A stretch of 64,000 bases of DNA from an uncultured Chloroflexia bacterium (GTDB lineage: Bacteria; Chloroflexota; Dehalococcoidia; UBA2979): positions 480,001 through 544,000 of the forward strand of contig CAVSIV010000002.1 in assembly GCA_963728205.1 (NCBI GenBank). Direction: 5' to 3'. Shown here piece by piece: positions 37,075 through 46,900 of the stretch (position 1 is the first letter of the stretch; each line of letters begins with the position of its first letter). The notes below the pieces were generated by a model that saw nothing but the letters and a program-made list of their open reading frames with translations, was not told where the DNA came from and ran no database searches. A program made the position numbers and the translations under genes.

Positions 37075-38895
37075 CTACTCGATCGACACGAGCGCGGCGC
37101 GGGCGCGCATCACGGCCTCGGTCGTGCCCCACAGCAGGAGGCGGTCGCCACGCTGCAGCACCGTGTTGCCGTGCGGGATCACCTCCTGGTCGCCGCGCCG
37201 CACCAGCAGCACGAGCACCCGCTCGGGCAACCCCAGCTGGCGTACCGCGCGACCCGCGAGCCCGCTGCCGACCGGCACCTCGAGCGACAGCCGCTCGCCC
37301 CCGGCGGAGAGCGCGTCGTGGAGCACGGGCGTGCCGATCACGTCCATGAACGCCTGCGCCACCGCGTCGGCCTCCGAGACCGCGTGGATGCCCGCGTTGC
37401 GGAAGGCCTCGGCGGCGTCGGCCTGGTGCACGCGGGCGAACGTCTGCGCCTCGGGGTTCTCCGCCCGCACGTACTGGCAGAACAGCAGATTCGCCTGGTC
37501 GCTGTCCGTCGCGCCGACCGCGATCTGCGCGCGGTTCGCCTCCACGCTGCGGAGGAAGTGCACGCTCGTGGCGTCGCCCAGCTGCGCGTCGAGCCCGGCG
37601 GCCCGCGCGCGCTCGACGGAGTCCGGGAACGGGTCGATCAGCGTGACGTCGAACCCGCCGCCGGCGAGGTGCGTCGCCAGCTGGCGCGCGAGCCGCCCAC
37701 TGCCGGCGATCACGGCTTTCATCGCCCGCACCTCGAGCACCCGCGCGAGCCATCCTGCATAGGTGGACTGTACGGCAACGGTCAGCGCGATCGTCAGGAA
37801 CACGAGCGCCGTCAGCGCGTGCCCCCCGGCCGCCTCGCCCAGGCGCTCGCCGGCCAGCGCCGCGAGCGCCGCTGCCACCACGCCGCGCGGGCCCATGAGC
37901 CCCACGTACGCCCGCTCGCGCCACGTCAGGTCCGAGCGGAACGCGCACGCCAGCGCCACCGCCGGCCGCACCAGCACCATCAGCGCCAGCACGACCAGCA
38001 CGCCGCCGGGCCACAGCACCCGCAGCGCGTGCACGTCGACGCTCGCCGCCGCGAGCACGTAGACCGCCGCGATCATCAACCGCGAGAGGTCGTCCTCGAA
38101 CGCGCGCACCGATTCGGCGTGCGGCACGCCGGCCGCCGCGAGCCCCACGCCCATCACCACCATTGCCGAGAGCCCGCTGTTCGGCAGCAGCCGCTCGGCC
38201 AGCGCGAACACGCCGATGCTCATCCCGAACAGCAGGAGCGCGCTCTCGCGGCTCGACGACCCGCGGTTGAGCCACAGGACGACGCGCACCGCGCCGACCC
38301 CGGCGAGCCCGAGCGCCGCGCCCCCGCCGAGCCGCGACGCCGCCCACAGCAGCGGCACCGGCTGGACGCCCGACAGCACGAACTCCAGCGCAACCACCAC
38401 GACGACCGCGCCGAGCGGATCGATCAGCACGGCCTCGCCGAGGAGCACCGCGCGCACGTGATCGTTGAGCCGTACGGACCGCACCAGCGGCGTGATCACC
38501 GTCGGTCCCGTCACGGTCACCAGCGCGCCGAAGAGCACGGCCGCGTGCCACGGCAGCAGCCCGGTCGCGCCGACCAGCAGCGCGCCGGCGGCGAACGTGA
38601 GCACCAGTCCGATCGTCAGCAGGTTGCGCACCACGCGGCCGACGCGCCGCAGGTACACGAGGTCGATCGAGAACGCGCCCTCGAACACGATCATCGCGAC
38701 GAGCAGCTCGAGCGCGACCTCGAACGGCTTGCCGATGACGTGCGCGTCGACGAGCCCGAGCACGGACGGCCCCGCGAGGATCCCGACCAGCAGGTAGAGC
38801 AGGATCGCGGGGACGCGCAGGCGCCGCGCCAGGATCTGCCCGACCGCAACGGCGAAGCCCACGGTGCCCACCGCGGACAGCAGGGCCGCCTGCAT
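37075..38895 (-). CDS. CPA1 (NhaP-type) cation:proton antiporter with RCK/TrkA-N and TrkA-C domains
   Basis: FEG, VTGPTVI.PL, EAVLIDPLG, VRP, GPRGVVAAA; then GSGRLA, GDAT, PHGNTVLQRGD. Confidence 0.9.
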   Translation of the reverse strand: MQAALLSAVGTVGFAVAVGQILARRLRVPAILLYLLVGILAGPSVLGLVDAHVIGKPFEVALELLVAMIVFEGAFSIDLVYLRRVGRVVRNLLTIGLVLTFAAGALLVGATGLLPWHAAVLFGALVTVTGPTVITPLVRSVRLNDHVRAVLLGEAVLIDPLGAVVVVVALEFVLSGVQPVPLLWAASRLGGGAALGLAGVGAVRVVLWLNRGSSSRESALLLFGMSIGVFALAERLLPNSGLSAMVVMGVGLAAAGVPHAESVRAFEDDLSRLMIAAVYVLAAASVDVHALRVLWPGGVLVVLALMVLVRPAVALACAFRSDLTWRERAYVGLMGPRGVVAAALAALAGERLGEAAGGHALTALVFLTIALTVAVQSTYAGWLARVLEVRAMKAVIAGSGRLARQLATHLAGGGFDVTLIDPFPDSVERARAAGLDAQLGDATSVHFLRSVEANRAQIAVGATDSDQANLLFCQYVRAENPEAQTFARVHQADAAEAFRNAGIHAVSEADAVAQAFMDVIGTPVLHDALSAGGERLSLEVPVGSGLAGRAVRQLGLPERVLVLLVRRGDQEVIPHGNTVLQRGDRLLLWGTTEAVMRARAALVSIE

Positions 38896-38929
38896 CGCGC
38901 CTCCCAGCGCCTGCCCGACTCAGCTCAGG

Positions 38930-39892
38930 CTATCCGCTGCCGCCGCCGAGCACGCGCGCGAGCGCCGCGCTCAACTCGTCCTGCGTGACGAACGACTCGA
39001 ACCGCGCGGCGATCCTGCCGTCGGCGCCGACGATGAACGTCCACTCGTCCGTCGGGATGCGCCACTGCTTCAGCACAGGGTTGCGGACCGCCCGGGCGAG
39101 GTCGCCGTGGATCTGGTCGGGGTTCTCGTAGATGTCGACGTGGAGGAAGTCCGCGCGCCCCGCGAACTGCTGCGCCAGCGCACTCGCCACGTCGACCTCG
39201 GGACCGCACAGCGGGTTCGTGCAGAACGCGGGGCTCGCGAAGACGACGACGAACGGCGTATGCGCCGCGAGCGCGCCGGCGATGCTCACCCGGTAGAGCG
39301 CGGGGTCGGGCGTGCTCGCGGTCGTGAGCTGCGCGAGCGACGACACGTCGGCGGCGGTGCGGTTCTGCGACGGCGGCGCGGCGTCGCCGACGTCGAGCGC
39401 CTGCGTGTGCTCCGCCACGTCGAACGTGAACGAGACGACGGCCGTGCTGCCGCCCGGCCGCGGGACGTGCACGTCGAGGCCCCAGCGGCCGGCGCGGTCG
39501 AAGTCGAGCGACAGCACGTCGAGGCCGCGCGACCCGTCGGGAAACGGGGTGAAGCGCGCGGTCACGCGCTGGACCGGGCCCTCACGCGGGCCGCTGGCCG
39601 GATCGAAGAAGCTGTCGACCTGGAGCGCCGGCAGCGCGATCACCCCCTGCGCGTCGCTCATCGTGAACGCAACGCGGCGCGCGCCGACGGCGAGGTCGGG
39701 CGTGCCGAGGATCGTGCGGATGCCGGTGGCGGCGTCGCTGTACGTCGGGTAGCCGGCGCCGAAGAGCGGCGCTGGCGTCGCGGTCGGGGTCGCGGGCCCG
39801 CCGCGGGCGCCGCATGCCGAGAGCGCCGCGAGCGCCGCCGCGAGCAGGAGCGTCGCGAGCGCCGAGCGCCGCAGTCGCCGAAGCCGAATCAC
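38930..39892 (-). CDS. Lipoprotein with C-terminal thioredoxin-like fold
   Basis: Lipobox LSAC; VVVFASPAFCTNPLCGP, HVDIYENP, EWTFIVG.DG.I..RFE. Confidence 0.72.
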   Translation of the reverse strand: MIRLRRLRRSALATLLLAAALAALSACGARGGPATPTATPAPLFGAGYPTYSDAATGIRTILGTPDLAVGARRVAFTMSDAQGVIALPALQVDSFFDPASGPREGPVQRVTARFTPFPDGSRGLDVLSLDFDRAGRWGLDVHVPRPGGSTAVVSFTFDVAEHTQALDVGDAAPPSQNRTAADVSSLAQLTTASTPDPALYRVSIAGALAAHTPFVVVFASPAFCTNPLCGPEVDVASALAQQFAGRADFLHVDIYENPDQIHGDLARAVRNPVLKQWRIPTDEWTFIVGADGRIAARFESFVTQDELSAALARVLGGGSG

Positions 39893-40040
39893 GGCCTCGC
39901 CCGGTTGAGCTCGAACCTCACCGCGTACATCGCGCAGCCCTCCGCGTTCGACGCCGGCGGCAGCTCGTGCGCACCGGGTGCCGGCAGCAACACGATCTCG
40001 TACATCCGCGCCTGCGTCACGTTCCTCGCGCCGACGGCGG
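39889..40040 (-). pseudogene. Possible 3' remnant of a DipZ-like C-terminal domain gene
   Basis: VTQARMYEIVLLPAPGAHEL...SNAEGCAMYAVRF; stop overlaps the next start (GTGA); upstream part looks non-coding. Confidence 0.35.
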
Positions 40041-40145
40041 TCGCGTTCGGACTTCGCCCCGCGCGCCTCCGCCGCGCGCGCCGCCGTCGCCACCACGCGC
40101 GACCGCGATCACGCACTATGCTCCCGCCGCTCGGAAGGAGTCCCC

Positions 40146-41297
40146 GTGGAATTCGTACTGGACGGCGGCCGCGTCTGGACCGGCGGCGCCGCCGACGCCG
40201 CCGCGAGCGGCACGGTCGCCGTGCGCGACGGCCTGGTCGCCGAGCACGCCTCCGGCGATGCCGCGGCGATCGACGTGCGCGGCTGCACCGTCATCCCCGG
40301 CCTGATCGAGGCGCACGCGCACCTCTGCTTCAACGCGCGCCCCGACTGGCGCACCGTCTACGACGCCGACACCCCGTCGCGCATGCTGCTGCGCATGGCG
40401 CACCACGGTCGCGCGATGCTGCGCGCCGGCGTCACGACCGTGCGCGACCTCGGCGCGCCCACCACGCTTGCGGTCGAGCTGCGCGACGCGGTGCGCGCGG
40501 GCCTGATCGAGGCGCCGGACCTGCTCGTCGCCGGCGCGCCGGTCACCACCACCGGCGGCCACTGCTGGTTCATGGGCGGCGAGGCCGATGGCGAGCTCGG
40601 CGTGCGCGTCGGCGTGCGGGAGCGCGTGAAGGCCGGCGTCGACTGGATCAAGGTGATGGCGTCCGGCGGCAACATGACGCCGGGCACGAACCCGTTCCGC
40701 GCGCAGTACACCGTCGACGAGCTGCGCGCCGTGGTCGACGAGGCGCACCGCCTGGGTAAGCGCGTGGCCGCGCACTGCCACGGCGTCGAGGGCATCCGCG
40801 TCGCCGTCGAGGCGGAGGTCGACACGCTCGAGCACTGCTCGTTCCAGACGCCCGACGGCTCCCGCAAGGACGACGCCCTGATCGACGCCATCGCCGCGAA
40901 GGGCCTGATCGTCTCGCCGACGACTTCGGTGTCGCTCGCGCGCATGCCCGACCGCGACCGCTACGAGCGGCGCGCCGACGTCCTGCGCCAGCTCTTCGCC
41001 GCCGGCTGCCGCGTGGTGATGAGCACCGACTGCGGCATCCCGAACGTCCCGCACGAGGCGCTCGCGGGCGGCATCGCCGCGCTGGCCGCGGCCGCCGGCC
41101 TCGCGCCCGCCGCCGCGCTCCGCCTCGCGACGAGCACGTCCGCGGAGCTGCTCGATCTCGACGACCGGGGCGTCGTCGCCCCGGGCAAGCGCGCGGACCT
41201 GCTGGTGGTGGACGGCGACCCGACCGAGGACCTCGCCGCGCTCGAGCGCGTGCGGCTCGTGGTCGCCGGCGGGCGCGTGGTCTACCGGGCGACATAA
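40146..41297 (+). CDS. Amidohydrolase family metalloenzyme (prolidase/imidazolonepropionase-like)
   Basis: PGLIEAHAH, GVTTVRDLG, TGGH, IKVMASGG, AHCHG, EHC, TDCG; AAGGAG RBS. Confidence 0.92.
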   Translation: MEFVLDGGRVWTGGAADAAASGTVAVRDGLVAEHASGDAAAIDVRGCTVIPGLIEAHAHLCFNARPDWRTVYDADTPSRMLLRMAHHGRAMLRAGVTTVRDLGAPTTLAVELRDAVRAGLIEAPDLLVAGAPVTTTGGHCWFMGGEADGELGVRVGVRERVKAGVDWIKVMASGGNMTPGTNPFRAQYTVDELRAVVDEAHRLGKRVAAHCHGVEGIRVAVEAEVDTLEHCSFQTPDGSRKDDALIDAIAAKGLIVSPTTSVSLARMPDRDRYERRADVLRQLFAAGCRVVMSTDCGIPNVPHEALAGGIAALAAAAGLAPAAALRLATSTSAELLDLDDRGVVAPGKRADLLVVDGDPTEDLAALERVRLVVAGGRVVYRAT

Positions 41298-41448
41298 CGC
41301 GGCCGGTCCCGTCACGGGCTTGCACGGCCAACCTGCTCGAGCCCGACCGCGTGCCTTCGCTGCGCCCGCTGCTGCGCCGGGATCCCGAGCCCCGCTCCTG
41401 GCGGCGCTGGCCGCCCCGGTAACATAAAGAGTCCGGCGGAGGTCGTGC

Positions 41449-42231
41449 ATGCAACCCACGGACAATCTCCTGCTCCGTGCGCTGCCCGATGCGGAGCGAG
41501 AGCGACTCATCGCTCTCAGCTCCACCATCGAGTTCGCGCTCGGCGATGTCCTGTACGAGCAGGACCAGGAGATCGAGACCGTCCACTTCCTCACGTCGGG
41601 CTGCGCGTCGGTCCTGATCGCCATGGAGGACGGGCGCGCGCTCGAGCCGGCCGTCGTCGGTCGCGAGGGCGTGCTCGGCTTCCCGCTCGCGCTCGGAGAC
41701 AACCGGTCGCGCTGGCGATGCGTCATCGAACTCCCGGGCGAGGCGTATGTCATCCCCCGCCGGCGGCTGGCCGGCCTGCTCCGCGAATCAGGGGATCTCG
41801 GTCCGCTCCTCATGCACTACGCCAGCCTCCTCATCACCTTCGTTGCGCAATCCGCGGCCTGCACGCAGTTCCATCCGGTGGAGCAGCGCGCCGCGCGCTG
41901 GCTCCTCCTGCTGCACGAGCGCGCCGGGGTGGACCAGTTCCCGATCACGCACGAGTGGCTCGCCTACATGCTCGGCATCCAGCGCCCGTCGGTCTCCGTT
42001 GCCCTCGAGAGCCTCGCCCGCACGGGCGCCATCCGGCAGCGGCGCGGATTGGTCGAGGTGCTCGATCGCGCTCGGCTCCAGGAGCTGGCCTGCGAGTGCT
42101 ACGAGCGCGTGCAGGCCCCGTTCCGGGAGATCGTGACGGTGATGCGCCGCGGGTCGGAGGGCGGCGTGTACCAGCCCGGCGGACCCGGGGCCGAACAAGC
42201 AGGACTGGCGGAGCGTCGGGACCGGCCGTGA
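41449..42231 (+). CDS. Crp/Fnr family transcriptional regulator
   Basis: NLLL.ALP, VVGREG, AQSAAC..FH.VEQR.ARWLL, ITHE.LA.MLG..RPSVS (HTH). Confidence 0.93.
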   Translation: MQPTDNLLLRALPDAERERLIALSSTIEFALGDVLYEQDQEIETVHFLTSGCASVLIAMEDGRALEPAVVGREGVLGFPLALGDNRSRWRCVIELPGEAYVIPRRRLAGLLRESGDLGPLLMHYASLLITFVAQSAACTQFHPVEQRAARWLLLLHERAGVDQFPITHEWLAYMLGIQRPSVSVALESLARTGAIRQRRGLVEVLDRARLQELACECYERVQAPFREIVTVMRRGSEGGVYQPGGPGAEQAGLAERRDRP

Positions 42232-42442
42232 CCGCCGGCTCGGAACCCGACCGCTCGATGCGCGCACCGAGCGCGGCCGCAATTTCGTCATGCGATATGG
42301 CGGATTATCAATTCTTAGCACTATGGTGTTGAGCAGCGGTGGAGGGCCGCCGGCCGAATACCCCGCCCGCACCGGCGTGCCCTCCACCCTCTTCCTGCCT
42401 GTCTGCCGTCGCGCCGACGAGCGTCGACCCGGAGGAACCGCC

Positions 42443-43549
42443 GTGACGAACGAGAATACGAACCTGCCTCCCATCAAGGTGATCGGCGTCGGCGGCGGCG
42501 GCTGCAATGCGGTGAGTCGCATGGTCCGGGAGCGCCTTTCCGGGGTCGAGTACGTGGCCGTGAACACCGACCTGCAGGCGCTGACGCGAAGCGAGGCCGA
42601 CGTCAGGGTGCAGATCGGCGACCGCGTCACGCGCGGACTCGGTGCCGGAGCGGATCCGGCGCGGGGGGGTCAGGCCGCCGAGGAGTCGGTCACGCTGCTC
42701 GAGGCGGCAATCGCGGGCGCGGGGATGGTGTTCGTTGCCACCGGCCTCGGGGGCGGGACCGGCACCGGGGCCGCGCCCGTCGTCGCGCGCATCGCGCGCG
42801 CGGCAGGCGCCCTCACCATCGGCGTGGCGACGAGGCCGTTCGCCTTCGAGGGCGCGAAGCGGCGCCTTCAGGCGGAGCAGGGCGCGCAGGCGCTGCGCGA
42901 GCAGGTCGACACGCTGATCCTGATTCCCAACGATCGCCTGCTCGAGATCGGCGACGTCGAAGCCTCGGTCGTGAAGGGATTCGAACGCGCCGACGCCGTG
43001 CTCCGCGACGGCATCCAGGGCATCAGCGAACTGATCACGCAGCCCGGGATGGTGAACCTGGACTTCGCCGACGTGCGCAAGGTGATGTCCGACGCCGGGC
43101 CGGCCGTGATGGCCGTGGGGAGCGCGCGCGGCGCCGATCGCGCCGTCGAGGCCGCCCGCCAGGCGGCGGCGAGCCCGCTCGTCGAGGCGAGCATCGCCGG
43201 CGCGTCGCGGGTGCTCTTCAACATCACCGCGTCGGCCGACCTGAGACTGCGCGAGGTCGAGGCGGCCGCGCGCGTGATCGCCGAGACGGTCGATCCCGAC
43301 GCCGAGATCGTCTTCGGGACGTGCGTCGACCGCGCGGCCGGCGACGAACTGCGCCTGACGTTGATCGCCACCGGGCTGCGCTCCGCCGCGGGGCAGCTCG
43401 CCGCGGCCACTGGGGAGGCGCTCCCGGCGCCGGCCGAACGCCGGCCGGGACCCACGCGCAGCGCGCTGCCCCCGATCCCGGCGCTCGACGACGCCGGCGG
43501 CCTCGAGCTTCCGAGCTTCCTCCGACGGCGCGCGTCACGAGGCGCGTGA
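42443..43549 (+). CDS. ftsZ: Cell division protein FtsZ
   Basis: [48 protein letters not shown]-terminal [10 protein letters not shown]; GGAGG RBS. Confidence 0.97.
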   Translation: MTNENTNLPPIKVIGVGGGGCNAVSRMVRERLSGVEYVAVNTDLQALTRSEADVRVQIGDRVTRGLGAGADPARGGQAAEESVTLLEAAIAGAGMVFVATGLGGGTGTGAAPVVARIARAAGALTIGVATRPFAFEGAKRRLQAEQGAQALREQVDTLILIPNDRLLEIGDVEASVVKGFERADAVLRDGIQGISELITQPGMVNLDFADVRKVMSDAGPAVMAVGSARGADRAVEAARQAAASPLVEASIAGASRVLFNITASADLRLREVEAAARVIAETVDPDAEIVFGTCVDRAAGDELRLTLIATGLRSAAGQLAAATGEALPAPAERRPGPTRSALPPIPALDDAGGLELPSFLRRRASRGA

Positions 43550-43780
43550 CGTCGTTCGGATGGAAGGCGTGTGGCGCCGCCGTCTGCCACGGCACGTTCG
43601 GTGGCGAGGACCGGCCAAGGCGCACGTAGGCGGCGCCGCGATCACGCGCCCGACGCGGGCCCCACGCTCGGGTCGCTGGGGCGGTCGGGGCCGCTCTCGC
43701 AGTCCCGTGCCCGCCGGGCAGCGCGCCGTCCGCCGCTTTCGTGGCCGCTATCTGGTCGCTTGTGTATTCTCAGGCCCCGT

Positions 43781-43856
43781 GCCGAGGTAGCTCAGTTGGT
43801 AGAGCACGCGACTGAAAATCGCGGTGTCCCCGGTTCAAATCCGGGCCTCGGCACCA
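43781..43856 (+). tRNA. tRNA-Phe (GAA)
   Basis: GCCGAGG/CCTCGGC acceptor stem, D-arm, CGCGA-CTGAAAA-TCGCG anticodon arm, GGTTCAAATCC T-arm, encoded CCA. Confidence 0.98.
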
Positions 43857-43910
43857 CCTCCTGACACGCCGCTCCACCGCCCGCTGCCGCGGCTGCCGTC
43901 CGCACCCGGG

Positions 43911-46900
43911 TCAGTGACGTCCGCCCGACCCGCCTGCGGCCCCGGGCCCGGCGTCTTCTGAGTGCTTCGGCCCGCCGTCGCCTGGCTCGCCGTCGCCCGT
44001 CCCGGCCGTGCCGGCGTCGCGTCCATGCTCCTTCGCCGCGGGATCCGTCAGCTCGATGGCAACGCTGTACGACCGGCCGTCGTCGAGCGACACCTCAATC
44101 GCCGCCGTCCCCGCCGGGATGCCCGTCGTGTCGATGACGTACGAGTACTGTCCGCCACGCTCGTCGTGCGTCGCGCCCCGACCGTGTCCCCGGCCCGGGT
44201 CCGGCGCCGGCCCATTGCCGTCAACATGGCCGCTGTTCCGGAGCCGCGCGGGCGCGCCGTTGACCGTGACCGTCACCGCGGCCCCGTCCACGGCGTGGTG
44301 CCGCGCGTCGAAGAGCCGGAACTTCAGCGGCACCGCCTGCCCGACCTCGAAGTGCGCTTGCTTTCCCAGCGGCGGCTCGAATCCGCCCCAGCCGTAGGTC
44401 ACGCTGTACGCGACCGTCACCTGGTTCGTGTTCCCGGCCACGTCGCTCGCCGTCACGGTGTACGTGTACTGGCCCACGCCGGTCGCGGTCGGCGGCGCGG
44501 AGAGCACGCCGTCGCAGGCGCCGGCCAGGCCGGACGCGTCCGCACCCGGGTCCGCCGCCTCGCAGGCGGGGTCGGCCCCGCCGACGACGTACGAGCCGCC
44601 GGCGTCGACGCCCGAGATCGTGATTTGCGGCGCCGCCTGGTCGACCCTGAACGCAAGCTGCCGCACCGGCTCCACGTTCCCGGCGGCGTCCACCGAGAAG
44701 TACGCCACGCTATAGACGCCGTCGGGGAACGTCACCGGGCCGCTGTACGGCTGCTCGTCGCCGCCGTTCACCCGGTACGCCGTCCGCGCCACGCCCGACG
44801 CCGCGTCGGTCGCCGTCAGCGTCAGCACGACGGGCGAGCCCGCGATGTACCAGCCGTCGTTGCCGGTCGTGCCGGCCAGCGACGCCGTCGTCGCCGGCGC
44901 TTTCTGGTCGATCTCGACGTCGACCGACTGCGCGGCCTCGATGTTGCCGGCCAGGTCGCTGGACCGGAACTGCACCGAGTGCGAGCCGTCGGCGGTCAGC
45001 GCGATGGGCGCGTCGTAGGGCTGCCATCCCGCGCCGTCGACGTTGACCTCGGTCGAGGCGACGCCGGAGAGCGCGTCGGCGGCGCCGAGCGATACCGAGA
45101 CCGGACCGGTGTACCAGCCGCCGTCGCCGACCGGGCCGTCTACGGTCGCGGTCGTGACCGGGGCCGTGAGGTCGACGCGGATGCCGTCGAGCGTCGCGGA
45201 GGCCACGTTGCCCGCCTCGTCCGCGCAGCTCACGGTCGCCGACTGTGCGTCGCCCTCGTCGCTCAGCGTGACCGTCGTGCAGCTCGCCGCGTCGATGCCC
45301 GAGAGGGCGTCGGTGCCGGCGCCGGTGACGGTCACCGGCGCGCGGTTCCACCCCGCCGCGTTGGGCGCGGGCGACTGCGCCGCCGTCACGTCCGGCGGCG
45401 TGCGGTCGACGTTGATGTCGCCCGCCGTCGCCGTGGCGACGTTGCCCGCCTGGTCGGTCGCCGTGCCGGTCACCGACTGGCCCGCGCCCTCGGCGCCGAC
45501 GGTCGCGTCGCCGTCGCAGCTCGCCACGCCGGACGCGTCATCGCTGCACGTGAACGTGACCGACACGTCGTCGACGTTCCAGCCGTTCGCGTTCGCGTCC
45601 GGCGTGCGTGTCGACGTGATGGTCGGCGGCGACTGGTCGACCTTCACCTCCAGCGTTTGCGCGTCCTCCACGTTCCCGGCCTCATCCATCGAGAAGAACG
45701 TGAGGTTGTGCACGCCGTCGGTGAGCGTCAGCGGGCCCGCGTAGTCTGCCGGCGACCCGCCGTCGACGGTGACGGTCGTGGACGCCACCCCCGAGCGGTC
45801 GTCCGCCGCGCTCAGCGTCACCACCACCGGATCGCCCGCCATGTACCAGCCGTCGCGGCCGGCGGTGCCGCTGACCGAGGCGGTCGTGATGGGAGGCGTG
45901 CCATCGGGGACCGTCATCGCGAAGGCGGTGCCGGTGAGCGACGTGATGCTCGGTGTGCTGGTCGCGTCGAGCGTGACCGTGAAGCGGCCGCCCGACGTCG
46001 TGCCGTCGAGGTTGTCCGCCGTGTCCATCACCGGCGCGGCGCCGCCGCTGCCGAGGACGGGCTGCCAGGCGGCGCCGTCGAAGTACCAGAGCTCGAGCAG
46101 CCCCTCCCGGGCCGGCGTCACGCTCGACGGGTAGTACATCCGCACCGTCGCGGAGTCGCCGGGGTCCGCGCCGGTCACGCGCAAGTCGACATAACCACCA
46201 TCGACCCCGAAGGCGACGCCGCCGATCGGGTTGTGGCTGTAGGTCGCGACCGCGGCCCAGACGTCGCTCGCGGCCACCCCGCCGGGCGCGGGCGCGCCCG
46301 TGTCGGTGACGCCGGCGGCGATACCGGCGCCATCGGGGCCTGACGGCATGAGCGAGACGGTGGTCGTCCCGGCGAGCGCGCCCGGCGCGCCGGTCACGGC
46401 CTCCACGGCCGGCCCGACGACGAAGACGGGAACCGCGTCCGACGCGTTGAGGAGGAGGCCGCGCGCGGACTGGCCGAGCCTGACGTCAACGTGCCGGTAG
46501 TGCCCGCCCGCCGACGCCACGAGGTCGGCAGGCACGGTCGCCTGGACGTGCGAGGCGTCGATCGCCGTGGCGTCCAGCAGCGTGCCGTCCCAGCTCACCC
46601 CGAGTGGCCCCTGCGCCGGGTCCGTGAAGTCGGCCAGCACGTCGCCGGTCAGCGTCAGCGTGAGGTCGCCGCTGCCGGCCGCGATGCGCGACGGGCTCGC
46701 CTCGACAATCGCGTACGGGCCGACCGCGCGCGTCGTGAGCGAAACGACCGCCGTGTCGTTGGATGCATCGGCGTCGACCACGGACTCATCCGGCGTGAGC
46801 GAGGCCGTGGCTTCGAACGAGGCCTCGCCCGCGCGCGTACAGGCGACCGTGAAGTCGAGCGGGACGCTTGTCGTCTCACCCGCGTCCAGGGTGATCGGTT

